From Octopus sinensis (taxonomy: Eukaryota): 64,000 nt of DNA. Every line of letters starts with the position of its first letter. The first letter of the stretch is position 1. The notes under the pieces were generated by a model. It saw only the letters and a program-made list of their open reading frames with translations, searched no databases and had not been told where the DNA came from. The position numbers and the translations under genes were made by a program. Shown here piece by piece: positions 11,778-25,264 of the stretch. The stretch is from positions 47,554,001-47,618,000 of the forward strand of contig NC_042998.1 of NCBI RefSeq assembly GCF_006345805.1, written 5' to 3'.

Positions 11778-12172
11778 TATATTAGAATCAACGTCGTCGT
11801 CTTTAGGTTTGAAATAATGATGAAGATGATGACGAGGATGACATTGACGACGGTAACGATGGCAATGATGTTGTCGATGATGATGACGAAGATGAAGTTG
11901 ACAATGACGACGACGATGAGGAAGATTCTGAAGATAACGACGACGATAATGATAATGTTCATCCTTATCACCACCACCATCGCCACCATCAGCAGCAGCA
12001 GCTACTTTATAACGGTCGTTATTATAGTATTGTTTCAATACCGACTTGTTTTTTTTTATGAATGTTTTCTCTTCATAGAATTTTCCGTAATAGCCAATAT
12101 AACCTTTCACATGTGTATAATCACGTATGCGGACGTCTGTAAACATGAAAACTTATTTATTTACATACATAC

Positions 12173-12225
<53 letters not shown>

Positions 12226-12230
<5 letters not shown>

Positions 12231-12646
12231 CATTTGACTTTGTTTACGTATTTTCTCGATAAATTTTTGAGCGTTAGACGATATACCAGAAAACCCTATT
12301 TTGTCGGGTACGTTCTGAGTCTGCGCAGTGATTTGAATAGTTTAGAAAGAGCAATTCAATAGACGCACGTGCCTCTATTGATGTGCGCTTCCCATAATAA
12401 CACGAATCTTACTGAAGAGCCTACCTGAGTAAATAAATATTATTTTTATTGCTGAAATAGGCGAAACTGCAGTATAAGAAGAACTAAGTTTGTAAAAGTT
12501 TTTTAATTTCATCTCATTAAATTTATCCAGCTTTTGTGTATCTAGTACACACTTCGCCTTTTAATGTACTTATATATGAATAATATATGGCGTGTCCTAG
12601 AACACCGGCGATAATAATTAATTTTATTGTATCGCATTTGACTTTG

Positions 12647-12650
<4 letters not shown>
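12226..12650 (+). mobile_element. Retrozyme-like or solo pseudo-LTR unit (404-bp monomer with 21-bp terminal redundancy)
   Basis: TATCGCATTTGACTTTGTTTA occurs at 12226-12246 and 12630-12650. (TA)n on both sides, internal hammerhead, no recognisable ORF. Confidence 0.7.
12407..12479 (+). ncRNA. Intact minimal type I hammerhead ribozyme
   Basis: Stem I TCTTA(12407-11)/TAAGA(12475-79). CTGAAGA at 12412-18. Stem II GCCTA(12419-23)/TAGGC(12458-62) with an AT-rich extension. GAAA at 12463-66. Stem III AC-TGCA-GT (palindrome ACTGCAGT). GUA triplet, predicted cleavage after 12474. Confidence 0.88.
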
Positions 12651-12678
<28 letters not shown>

Positions 12679-12872
12679 AAAATCTATCAGAAAGGAACTC
12701 TATCTCTCTTAAAAAAATATCTTTTGATAAGCATAACAAATGCGCAACCGGTAAAAAGAACTTTCACCTAATTAAATACACTCTCCCTTACTTTAATTAT
12801 TTTGTCAGCATTTTCTTCATTTCCTTTTTTTATATATCACAACTCGTGTTCCACATCTCCTTTTTTAAATAT

Positions 12873-12915
<43 letters not shown>

Positions 12916-13089
12916 GTATATATTTATTTTTTTTATTCTAGTTTCAGCTCACGAGCTGTGGCCATGCTGGGGCACTGCTATTTGGTGTTGCTACATGATT
13001 TTACTTCACGAATGCTTTTTAGCAATTGCCATTTGCTGCATGAGAGAGTTCGATGCAGCTGCCCTCATCTGCACCTCCTGCCGTGAAGT

Positions 13090-13303
13090 TGGTTAATTTG
13101 GGACACCTGACAGGAAGAGATCCAGTTTTATTTTAAAGACATCTGCATCCACCCCATGCAGGTCCCTCGGGTTCTTCGGAAGGATATTGAAGAGTTGTGG
13201 GCCTCTGAAGCCCAGGCTATCACAGTATCTTGTCCTACATCTTGATGGCAAATTTGGAGTCCTTGGCACTATGCAGTGGCGCCCAGTTCTAGCATTTGTG
13301 TAA

Positions 13304-13305
<2 letters not shown>
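13090..13305 (-). mobile_element. CR1/L2/Jockey-group LINE, 3' end of ORF2
   Basis: GRHCIVP...TRYCDSLGFRGPQLFNILPKNPRDL...FKIKLDLFLSGVP matches the conserved LINE ORF2 C-terminus; the exact clade is uncertain. Confidence 0.7.
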
Positions 13306-13345
<40 letters not shown>

Positions 13346-14255
13346 TTAATCATATCAAAGGGAAATGGAGATTAATTAAAATTTATATTTCCAGTGGTCT
13401 AACGTGTAAAAATTTAGTCCAAAAGTCCATATATTAGTCATAAGGTACAGTGTACATTTAAACACATGAGAAATCCACTCATAGGAGTCAACACGCTAGA
13501 AAGAACAGCTAGGTTCTATAACCACAAAAATTTGGGATAAAATTCGACAGGACGAAATGAAAAATAGAAACATTTTACCATCAGGTTTCCTGGACCAATT
13601 GGTTTCTGATTTTAGTTTAGCGAGTAAATGAACCCACTAGTTTTTGGATAATTTTCGGTTTTAAAAGTTGGCATTTCAGTGGTTCAAGGACGGCAGAGAG
13701 GAGGAGGAAGACTTGGAGGAAGAGGAATAACAGAAGTTGACATGTCAGCTTATTAGATATATACGAGTGATATAGTAAAATTACAACAGTGTGGGACAGT
13801 TATAACTGCTTCTTCTAAAAAAAAATCTAAAAGTTTCTGGAATGAACCGTGTACATATTCAGAGTGTGTATTTGACTGTATTGAATGTGGATGTACCAGA
13901 CCTATAAATCTGCTTGGTTGCTTCTTCAGTAACAAATATTCACATTACCATATGCCAAGCGAACTTTGGCTGCTAGCTGATATGGCTAAACAATGAATGT
14001 TAAGATTACTAATGTTGTATTTAGCCTGCAGGCGGGGCAAAATTTCAGAAATCTAGATCTAGCAATTCCAATACGTGCTGGCAGCTGTTTTCATCTAGTA
14101 ATGATATTTTTCTCTGCCTTACAACACTTCATGTATATAAAAGATACTTGCTCAAGACGAATATCGCAGTTTAGAAGACTTTCAATAGTGTACACACTTT
14201 ATGTATACAGATCGCTAATTTTGAATTAATACAGCTTCCGTCGCTAATAATGAAT

Positions 14256-15073
<818 letters not shown>

Positions 15074-15077
15074 CACA

Positions 15078-16361
15078 CAGGGTGGGGAAGCAAAATTTAC
15101 AATGAACGTTAAGTTGTTTTTTCTCAGCAGACACTAAATCAATTGTTTTGAAACCTAGCATATATTGATGTCATAATCATACCTAACACTATTATCATTA
15201 CCTTTTCAGAAACTTTTGCCCATATGAGTAATCAGGAAAGCAAAAGTCAAAGAGTGTGTGATTTGCTGAATGCACTCGTCACACCAAAGGAGATTTCAAA
15301 AATAGTTGGAGTGTCCATAAAGACTGTTTATAATGTAAAGAATAGAATAACTATGAGCAAAACTGTTACGAGGAAGTCTGGAATGGAGGAATCAACAAAA
15401 AATGTACCAAAGCTTTTATTAAAGCTCTCAAATCCAAAATCCTAAAGGATCCAACCAAATCCATGCGAAAAATGGCAATTGAACTTGAGGTAAACAACAT
15501 GACCATTAGAAATGCAGTAAAATATAATTTGAGGTTAAAATCTTACACAAAAACACCAAAACATTTGTTGATAACAGCTATGAAGGAAAAGAAATTGGAA
15601 AGGTGCAAGAAAATTATTACATGGTTCCAGAAAAAGTCCTCCATTGCAACAATCTTTTCAGATGAAAAGATCTTCACTGTCGATGCTGTTCTGAACCGCA
15701 GAAATGACAGATTTATTGCAAAATCGACAGCTGAGGTTAAGGGGACATTCAAAACAAAACATCCTACTCAAGTTATGGCTTTTGGTGTTGTGGCTTCCGA
15801 TGGAAAGAAAATGCCTATAAAATTCTACAAAGCTGATGAAAAGATCAATGTTAATACTTACTACAAGACTCTGAGATACCAATTATTGCCATGGCTTAAA
15901 GCAAACTACCCAGATAGTAATTATGTATGGACACAGGATGGTGCTCCAGCCCACACAGCTAGAAAAATACAAGATTTCTGCAAATCCAACTCTAGCAATT
16001 TTTTGGAATCATGTTTATGGCCGCCTTCTAGCCCAGATCTAAATCTTCTGGATTATGCTATTTAGGGCGTTTTAGAACATGCTACCAATAGAACATCACA
16101 CAGTCGAGTCTCTTAAAGATACTATTAAAGAAGAATGGGAGAAGTTGTCTTCCGAATATTTGAGGAACACTTGTGCAAGTTTCCGGAAGCGTGTGAAGGC
16201 AGTTATTGAGAAAGAAGGGGAACACATACAATAAAGACATTTTCTATTATTTAAATTTTCTTGTGGCAAATAAATTCTCATGACTTTCAATAAACTAGTT
16301 GGTCATACACTGTCTTTCAATCCCTGCCTCAAAATATTGTAAATTTTGCTTCCCCACCCTG
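15078..16361 (+). mobile_element. Full-length Tc1/mariner DD37D (maT/Bmmar1-like) transposon, inactive
   Basis: Perfect 26-bp TIRs CAGGGTGGGGAAGCAAAATTTACAAT at 15078-15103 and 16336-16361, with TA on the right. Catalytic motifs FSDEK, WTQDGAPAH and SPDLNLLDY, with 37 residues between the second and third Asp. Confidence 0.93.
15224..16235 (+). pseudogene. DD37D transposase pseudogene
   Basis: HTH N-terminus from the ATG at 15224, frameshift near 15385, TAG in place of Trp at 16063-16065, and a further frameshift near 16105. Confidence 0.88.
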
Positions 16362-17237
16362 TATATATATATATACATAATCATATCTAAAATATTATGC
16401 ATAGACACATACATACATACATACATACATACATACATACATACATACATACATACATACATACATACATACATACGTACGTACGTACATACATACATAC
16501 ATACATACATACATACATACATACATACATACATACATACATACATACATACATACATACATAAACGATCTAATCCTTGGCGGGATGAAAATGGCTTACC
16601 CAACTCAGACATCGAAGCGGATTAAACCATATAGGTTTTTGGATCCTTTGAGATCGAAACCAGCGGGGGAAACTGTCATCACACACACACACACAAACAT
16701 ACACATGCGCACACACGCACATACACGCACACACCACACACATACCGTTGTGTTGAGAGCATTTTATTTCAAAAATATACTCTTCTGTAGAAATAGACCA
16801 TAGCCACAAATTTTATGCAACATCACATTAATTAATGTAAACACTTCTTTCTTATGTACATTACTTTCTTGAATAGAAAAAGGAAAAAGAGAGACCAGAA
16901 AACATACCGAACGGTAAGTCCAGCCTTGATCCAACAGGTGTATGATGAAAGATGTTTGCACTTTACCCATTTCAATTCTTGTGCTACATCGTTCATTGTT
17001 TTTTCCATTTTTAAGATGATTGGTTTTGCTTTTAGTATATTGAATGCATTAGAACAACCAGCTATCCAAATATACGAAATAATAAGCCTAATTTCTAATG
17101 ATCAAATATGTAAATGGACCAGTGTTAGTAAGACGTATTCATTAAAATATATGCTGTGAAACAAAGCATGGTCATGATAAGCGAAAGCCGATGCGACTTT
17201 TGCATTCAGAGTTTCCAAATTAGTTGAAAACAAATGT

Positions 17238-17438
17238 CAGCTAAACGCGTATTGCCAGCTAAACGCGCATTGCGAAGCTAAACGCGTATTGCCAGCTAAA
17301 CGCGTATTGCCAGCTAAACGCGTATTGCCAGCTAAACGCGTATTGCCAGCTAAACGCGCATTGCGAAGCTAAACGCGTATTGCCAAGCTAAACGCGTATT
17401 GCCAAGCTAAACGCGTATTGCCTGCTAAACGTGTAACG
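17238..17438. repeat. 18-19-bp CpG-rich minisatellite (C/GA)AGCTAAACGCGYATTGC, 10 full units plus 1 degenerate
   Basis: Units counted directly; they are contiguous with no spacers. Confidence 0.95.
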
Positions 17439-18024
17439 AAAGTTCATATAGCCGAATTGGTAGAGTACGAAATAGTGCATCAGGAAACAACCGATCTGTA
17501 ACGAAATAAGTGGTTCGTGTATTGTTATATTGTACCAAGAACTAAAAGTGAGCTCTAAAATGTCGAATTAACTAGTTCAAGCGAGATGCAATCTATAGTA
17601 CGGCTTCCAACAGTTAATTTGGCTTACTGCAATCAGTTTCTTTTCACCGAGAAAAAATTAACAGGGCAAGTACTCGATTTGATAGTTCGATCTCTTAAAA
17701 ATAATGTGTATAATATGTATCAAATCAAACATTACAGTTTTAAAATAGACAGATTTTATTATATAACACACCGTGGCTTTGGATGTACTATATCTTCATG
17801 AAAGATAGGGTAATCGCTGATAGAAAAACTGTGATCGTAGGTGAACTCAGTCAAGGTTAACGTGGGTCTACACAATAAAAACAATAAAACAGCAATTTAT
17901 CTAACTGCAGACGTTTTAAAGGAGGATTCTCTTCGTAATTTCTTGACCTACTAGAAGTAGCAACCAAATTCTCTTTAAAATCTACATTAAGTAACGTATT
18001 ATTGGTTTCAAATTTTGCTACAAG

Positions 18025-18210
18025 AATAGTAATTTCGGGGAAAGAGGATAAGTGGATTACATCGACCACAGTGCTCAACTGCTACTTATTTTACCGACCT
18101 CAAAGAATGAAAGGAAAAGTCAACCTCGGCGGAATTTGAACACAAAACAGACGGACAAAATACCGCTAAGTACTCTGCCGACGTGCTAGCGATTCTGCTA
18201 GCTCACCGCT
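18025..18210 (-). mobile_element. SINE family B
   Basis: Reverse-complement match to the family B body (AAAGTCAACCTCGGCGGAATTTGAAC). Confidence 0.7.
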
Positions 18211-20383
18211 CTACTAAAAGCATTAATATTGTGACTATTATTTTTTATTATATTTTTCTTTGTAAAATAACCGATCATTAATTGTATGGAGCTGATAGGA
18301 CTAAACAGTTGTAATGTTTGGTGAGTGCTAAAATTATAAAAGTAGGTCATATATATTCACTAAGAATAATATGTGCGTATTCATGTATTCATAAAACATC
18401 TTTGAAGTTTTAAGCCTTGTACTATTCCTCCAATAAAGCTGGCTTTACCAAGCAAGGGGGCGACTCAAGAAGAGGACTGCATAATTGCTTGATAAGCGAG
18501 AAACAGCTGCCAAATCTCCCTTGAGGGACATCTTGCCACCTCAAAATGTAATATATTGAAAAAGGCAAACCTGGATATAAAAAATGGAATAAGCCTGGCA
18601 GGAATAACTTTGGCTGTAAATATGATGGATCGAGGTTGACCTTGTTAAACAGTAACAATAACAGCAACCAACCTTTTTGTAGGCTGACACTGATATCGAG
18701 AATATTGAAATAATATCACTTAACAAAACGGGTCAGGAATGGTCAATGGGAGTGGTGTTTCATCAGAGAACTAAATCGGACATAGAAAACAACGGATATA
18801 CATATGAGTAAAGGAGTGGATGTATGAATTGAAATGCGGTTTGACATGATGGACTAAATACGGCGAATATTTATGTACGTAGTTTTAGTCTTTAAATTAT
18901 ATGTCTATATTTATAGTCAACAGATGAGATCCAGAGATTCTCGTTATAGAAAACACTTAGTAGTGCTCAAATGATTCGAACTTAGACTCCAATGTCTTTA
19001 CGTGGAGCCAATTCTGCTGGGTAAAGAATGGCTATAAGAGGAATTAAGGTGAGCAAATTTGGAGGTAATCATGTATACCAAGCCAAAGTTGTTATATTGA
19101 ATTTGTTTATCTGTATAATTGCCTCTATACGTACTTATATTCATATATGCCTATATTCAACTATGTTTGTACTAATACCAGAAACTTAAATCTTGTCTGA
19201 ACGTTTTCACGAAACACTGGAACAGAATTTGGCCATAAAAATGTTCTTATCTTGTTGGAGGTAAAATCGTTGAGCAGACAACACTGGTATTGAAAGTCTA
19301 TGTGTTTTGTTTGTCTAAATAACGAATGCTAAACGTATGTCAGAATAAACGAGTTCGTATTGCGATTGCTTAATCGAAAGCTCAGCTCTGAACCAGCAGA
19401 ACTATGATTTATACTGAAGTGCTCTCCAGTCATGGCATACTAATATTTACACATACACACAAGCATTGTGTTTTCTTTTTCTTTTTGTTAGATGTGCATT
19501 TTCTTCTTTTTTTCTTTTCTCTTTTTATTTTGTAAGTTAGCAGATTGTCATATCAGAAAGATTTGGTTGCTTTTTCTAACAAATCACGCGGCCACCTAAA
19601 TGACCCTTATTGGCTCTATAGTTGATGAGATCTTTGACTAAGTAGTTCTTGTAAAAATTGCTAGAATTAGGAAAGAATACTCCAGCAGTCTTCAAATGCT
19701 ATATAGTTGGCGCTCTCCCTATTCAACAAGTCTGAATCTAATAACACTTATAATTCTATAAGTCTAGTATCCGGGATAGTAACCAGAATTTGTGGCAGAA
19801 ACCTAGGTACTTCAAGAAATACACAATTTGGACCTCAGGACAAAACACCGATGATTTTTAGATCAACAGTAACGAGAAGAAAATAGAACTTAAACGGAAG
19901 AACGTAGGCTAGATATATTATCATTGTACACACTATATGAGTGTAATCTAAATGTCCAGATACTACATGTGATCTAAAGTGGAACTGACCTACTTGAAAA
20001 AAACTTAGAGGAGAAGTATTAAATAAATCAACAGGAAACTAATACATGAGTGTGTATAAAAAGCTAGAAAATGACAACAATATTAACAGAGAGAGCACTT
20101 CTATCAAGCCAATGATAGATGCGTTACAATCCACCTAGAAGGATACGCCCTTTTTGTTTTCATAACAGAAGATAACTTCTAAATACTTTCATCAACAAAG
20201 GAGATAAGGAGCTAATGAAGGAACTTCTAAGTTGTCGCTCGACCTGCTAGCAATAATAGGCAAGTCTCCTTTTAAATACATAGTAGCGTTGTTTTGCTTT
20301 CGTTTTGATTTGTTTTGTTGTGTTTTTGTAAACAAAAAAGAAAATGATGAAGAAAATAAATGTAATCTTAAATGTACTAATCT

Positions 20384-20782
20384 TTTATTCGTTTACTTGT
20401 TTCAGTTATAAGACTGTGGCCATACTAGAGCACCGGCTTTAGTCGAACAAATCGACCCCAGGACTTATTCTTTGTAGGTCTAGTACTTATTTTATCGGTG
20501 TCTCTTGCCGAACCGCTATGTTACGGGGACGTGAACACACAAACATCGGTTGTCAAGCGATGGGAACAAACACAAACACAAACACACACACACACATATG
20601 TGTGTATATATATATATATAAATATATATATATACGACGGGCTTCTTTCAGTTTCCGTCTGCCAAAATCCACTCAGAAGGCATTGGTCGGCCCGAGGTTA
20701 TAGTAGAAGGCACTTGCCCAAAGTGCCATGCAATGAGACTGAACCTGGAACCTTGTGGTTAATAAGCAAGTTACTTACCACT
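20384..20782 (-). mobile_element. SINE family C, near full length
   Basis: Both halves and the internal (CA)/(TA) tract, inverted relative to 44205-44583. Confidence 0.8.
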
Positions 20783-21070
20783 AGGTGATTCACGATTGGA
20801 ATGCATTTATGTGTCTGCTCAATCGGAACTGATCCGGGGCTAAGCTACAACAATGGTAGCAGCAGTAACAGCAGCAGCAGCAACGACGACGACGACGACG
20901 ACAACAACAACAACAACAACAAACACAACAACAGCAACCACAAGAACAAGGGAGATCGACATTTTTCTTTCTTCCAGTACAGATGACAACAACATCATCA
21001 GTAGCTTCTCAAAATTTCCGATAGATACTACTTTGTTAAAGCTATATAATATTGTGACAAAAACTATATA

Positions 21071-21700
21071 CAGGGTGTCCACAAATTACCTTTAGAATTT
21101 GAAAAATTCAGAGAAAAATGAAAAATAAGGGTAACTCAGCAGAGTTTATTGAAAAACAGGCAAAGTTTTATTACAAGCATCAGAACACTTCCACATGTCT
21201 CCATTTGCTTGTTCCTTCTCGAGCCACGGCTGGCTCATAAGGGTCGGTTTCCTGGTTTCCTTGGCGTATAGGTTCCCCACCTGAACGGGACGCCGGTCCG
21301 TCGCAGGTGAGCTGCAAGATGCAGGAGGAAAGAGTGAGAGAAAGTTGTGGCGAAAGAGTCAGCAGAAGTTCGCCATCACCTTCTGCCGGAGCCGCGTGGA
21401 GCTTAGGTGTTTCGCTCATAAACACACGCATCGCCCGGTCTGAGATTCGAACCCGCGATCCCTCGATCGCGAGTCCACTGCTCTAACAACTTGGTCATGT
21501 GCCTCCACCATGTCTCCATTGGCTGCACGTAATAAGTCGATACAATAAATTGTGGAAGCTGTATGTATAATTTATGGATACCTTATGCAATGCAACTTTT
21601 AGGGAAGATTATCCTGGAAGCTGTATCAGATGCACTTAATGAAACTGAATGTATTCACATCTTTAAACTAAATAATGCTTGTGAAACATTTTAAGAAAGC
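21071..21700 (-). mobile_element. Tc1/mariner fragment (terminal region) interrupted by a SINE
   Basis: TA-CAGGGTGTCC terminus at 21069-21080. The minus strand encodes a degenerate ...ANGxHVE C-terminal motif across the SINE insertion. Confidence 0.55.
21206..21508 (-). mobile_element. SINE family A with a 12-bp TSD
   Basis: TSD CATGTCTCCATT at 21194-21205 and 21509-21520. tRNA-like head with GTTCGAATC B box and a V-domain-like CCTGCGACGGACCGGCGTCCC. Confidence 0.88.
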
Positions 21701-24285
21701 AACCAACCCGATGTAAACAAAAATAAACTTCATATTATTCCCAGGATTAAGAGCAAAAGCTTTGCGTTTGTGAAGAGATCAACTTTCCTGCAGGTGTAAA
21801 TATCTCGTCTAACATTACAGAGCAGTATAACACCTGCGGTGAACCTCGGTGAACCTCGGCGAAGCCGAGAGCTCTTTCACTCTGGTTATAAATTCTCATC
21901 TATACTCTAAGTCAAATGTAGACGGCGTTATGGAACTATCTATGCAGAATCTTGAAATGCCGTATCCAGAAAATACTGAGTTGCATACTCTAAGTTGCTG
22001 CGGGATCAAGAGAACTTCTCCAAAGCATTCTAAATGTTCGCCATTCGTCGTTGCCTGAGGGCATATATACACTCATTGCATATGTGTGCACATATAGACA
22101 TGTGCATACAAATATACATAAATTACTTACATACCTATACATGTACGTACGCACATATATACAGACATGTATATGTCTGTACATACATACACAATCATGC
22201 ACTTACGTATACAGAAACGCTTTGGAGAGTATTTCAGTTGCACAAATTAAAATCACGTATGAGCATATACTTATATATATATATGCATGCAAACATACAT
22301 ACAAACATGCATGCATGAGTACAAACATGCATGCATACATACATGCATACATGCATACATGCATATATATATATATATGCGTGCTTACAGGTGTGCTTAA
22401 ATGCAAGCAAGTATACACCCACATATATGCACATATGGTCTTACACTCGTATATATTTATGTCTAGTAATATTAGTTAGTTTTCATGAGACACCTGACAC
22501 CAGACAAAAGCTGCTGGAGAAGAAAGCGGCGAAAATATATAAACTCTACCTCTCCCTACGTTATTGCGGTCACCTTCACTGATACAAGCACTTATAATTA
22601 TATAACAGTGATTAGACACGGACGGCTGCAGAATCTGCGAAATCTTAAAATAATAATTGAAAACTGTAATGTGGCGGCAACTTCTCAAAAATTTTCAAAT
22701 TAATATAAAGTATCAGAGAATTTTGATGAGAGGCGAGTAAAATCCAGCCATCCAAATGTATGAGATTCTACGCGATCATTCCTCCTGTTAGAAATAATAA
22801 CCACACCTTCCTCGAATCATACCCTTCCTCCTTTATAAAATGGGGCAATATATATCGGATAAAGTAACTATTATTCAATGGCTAAGAAAAGAAATGTTCG
22901 CAAGACATTTCTTTTGCTCTTACGAAAATGAACTTACTCTTGGTTTATCTTAACTATAACGAGGAAACCTTCAAGTGCGAGTACTCCAAATCGTAGTGTT
23001 CTCATATGCAACAGATAAAATCGCACCATTCAGTCACTGAGCCCTTATATTACTCAAGACTTTTCCAAGAGTATTTATTTCCCCACTAGAATGTAATTCT
23101 AGTTTTTCTCTTTTATTGACAAGTATAAATCTATTTTGCGTTAAAGTTGCCAGACAAATACAGTTATGTCAAATACCATGCAGCAAAAAGAATCGATTTA
23201 TTGAATTACCTCAGCCTTTAAAGGATGGATCATAGTTACCAAATGGCGATTATGATTCAATCTCTCCGGATTAAAAAAGAATTCTCGTAAGGGAACATGC
23301 CATGAAAAAAAAGGATAGGTTTAATAACAAGGCAGTAGTAAGATACGTTTTTCTGCCTCAGTTGCTTTCATTAGCACAACAATTGTTCCACTTTGTCTTC
23401 CAATGGCCAAAGAACTTAGAATTTCATAGAACAGTGTAGAAACCAGGTAATTTGCATAATACAAACAAAAATGAGCTAAGAGAAATAACTCGAAGTGGCT
23501 AGCGGCATATATTTGAATAACATTGGCAAAAACCGATATGTGAAATACCATGAGCTAAATTATATCTGAATGGACAGGAAGGTTATGACTAGAAAACCTT
23601 TGTAAAGCATCACTCTGACATAGGATTAAAAAATAACCAAATACATTCATCTTTCTAGATATTGGTAGTGTGTTACATGCTATCTGTAAACAAGTCATAA
23701 CACGTATTTAACAAGAATGCCGGTTTTATTGTTTTATTTTTACAGTGACTATTATTTGGAGCAGCACCTACTAGGTATTTTCTAATGCACATTGTATCTG
23801 AATTACCCGTTGTAAACCACCCAGGTAGATAACAAAACTACAAGAACATGTTCAGTGTCTGTGGTTTAGAATCAGACATTTAAGATTACCTATAATTTCA
23901 TAACTAAAATTAAAACAGCAAAAAAACATACCCTAAAATGCAATTTTTTTTAATGTTTCTAAAACTCTACAATAGCTTAAATCACCTGATTTAAGATAAA
24001 TAAGAATATTGTATGTTTTACAGATTTGTTAAGTTTACGTTTGAAGAAAAGAAAAATGAAACTTTGCTGGCGATGATGGCAGACTAACATCGTTCTTAAG
24101 TGGAGTTAAAGATAAAATATATGGCAGTCTAAACTGATATGCGTTTAGCTTTGGTGTAAAAAGTAAATTTATATGAATGTGTATGTATAGAAGAGCTTTT
24201 GATTATATACGTTTATATGTGAGTGAGCGTGTGTGGGTCAGTGTATTTTCATTTGAATGTATCTGTGTGTGTGTGTGTGTGTGTG

Positions 24286-24319
<34 letters not shown>

Positions 24320-24554
24320 ATGTGTATGTTTAAATGTGGGTCTTTGCGAATGTATCTTCTTTTTTTCTCCTTTACTAATATTCAAAGACGTGAAAAATGT
24401 GGCAAAATATTTAAGGTAAAGCAGAGAAAGAAATGTTGAGAATTTCTGCTGTATGGTTAAGGAGCTCACTTTGAAAACAATGCGGCACCTTGGGCAAATG
24501 TTTTCTAATGGAGCAACGAGTCAGTCAATGCCTTCTGAGTGAATACAATAGATG

Positions 24555-24790
24555 TAAATTGTGTAGAAGCCCATCGAATATGTGTATCCGTTATGTTTGT
24601 CACCTCCACCGCTTGACTGGTTTGTTTACGTACTCGTAACTTATAGGTTCGGCAAAAAATCCGATAGAATAAGTACCAGACTTTAAAAAAAGTAATAACA
24701 TATGACTAAACCCTTCAATGCGGTCCTCTAGCATGACCCCAATCCAATGAATGAAACAAGCAACAAGTAAAGAAGAAGAAAAAGAAATAA
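24555..24790 (+). mobile_element. SINE family C, degenerate
   Basis: CCGCTTGACTGG...GGTTCGGCAAAAAATCCGATAGAATAAGTACC...TGAAACAAG. Similar copies at 26470-26660 (+), 41300-41475 (+), 46818-46895 (+) and 50190-50370 (-). Confidence 0.65.
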
Positions 24791-24837
24791 CTGATGACGT
24801 TTCTAAAAAAAAAAAACACAAATAAATACAGACACCA

Positions 24838-25264
24838 CGGATCTTTTCGGGTTGAACGGCAGTTTTTAACAGAATTTCTAGGTAACTAAAAAATTTTAAA
24901 CTTCGTATACTGGTAGAATGTGTTTATAAAACATCTTTTTCTCTTGGCTTTATTGAGAAAATTCTATAGTTTGTAAGATATTTGTTGTTTTTTTCATAAA
25001 TTTCTGCAATTTCAACCAATCAGTGACGTCTATTGAGTTAAAAAGCATTCTGTGCCGTATGAATATGTCCCTCGTTTAAGAAACAGATTGGGTTTATTTA
25101 CATTTGTGAAGAAAAAAAGATACCCTTCCCCAACCCCTAACCCTAACTAACCGTAACCCTAAAAGAGATTGAAATGCAATAGATCGATTCTAGGGTCATA
25201 ATTATGGGTGACAATTTCATATGACACCGCTAGAAAAAAATGCCCTTCAAACCGAAAAGATCCG
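24838..25264. mobile_element. MITE, 427 bp, about 30-bp TIRs, 6-bp TSD, internal telomere-like repeats
   Basis: TIR CGGATCTTTTCGGGTTGAACGGCAGTTTTT against CGGATCTTTTCGGTTTGAAGGGCATTTTTT (3 mismatches). TSD ACACCA at 24832-37 and 25265-70. CCCTAA-like units at about 25133-25162. Confidence 0.88.

Noticed and set aside
17238-17438. CRISPR-like appearance of the 18-bp array
   Set aside because: The units are contiguous with no unique spacers, there are no cas genes, and the context is eukaryotic.
23321-23690. Minus-strand frame of about 120 codons after a TTGTTTACAG acceptor, broken by one TAG (possible editing read-through)
   Set aside because: No recognisable domain or good donor site. Hydrophobic frames of this length arise by chance on T-rich strands.
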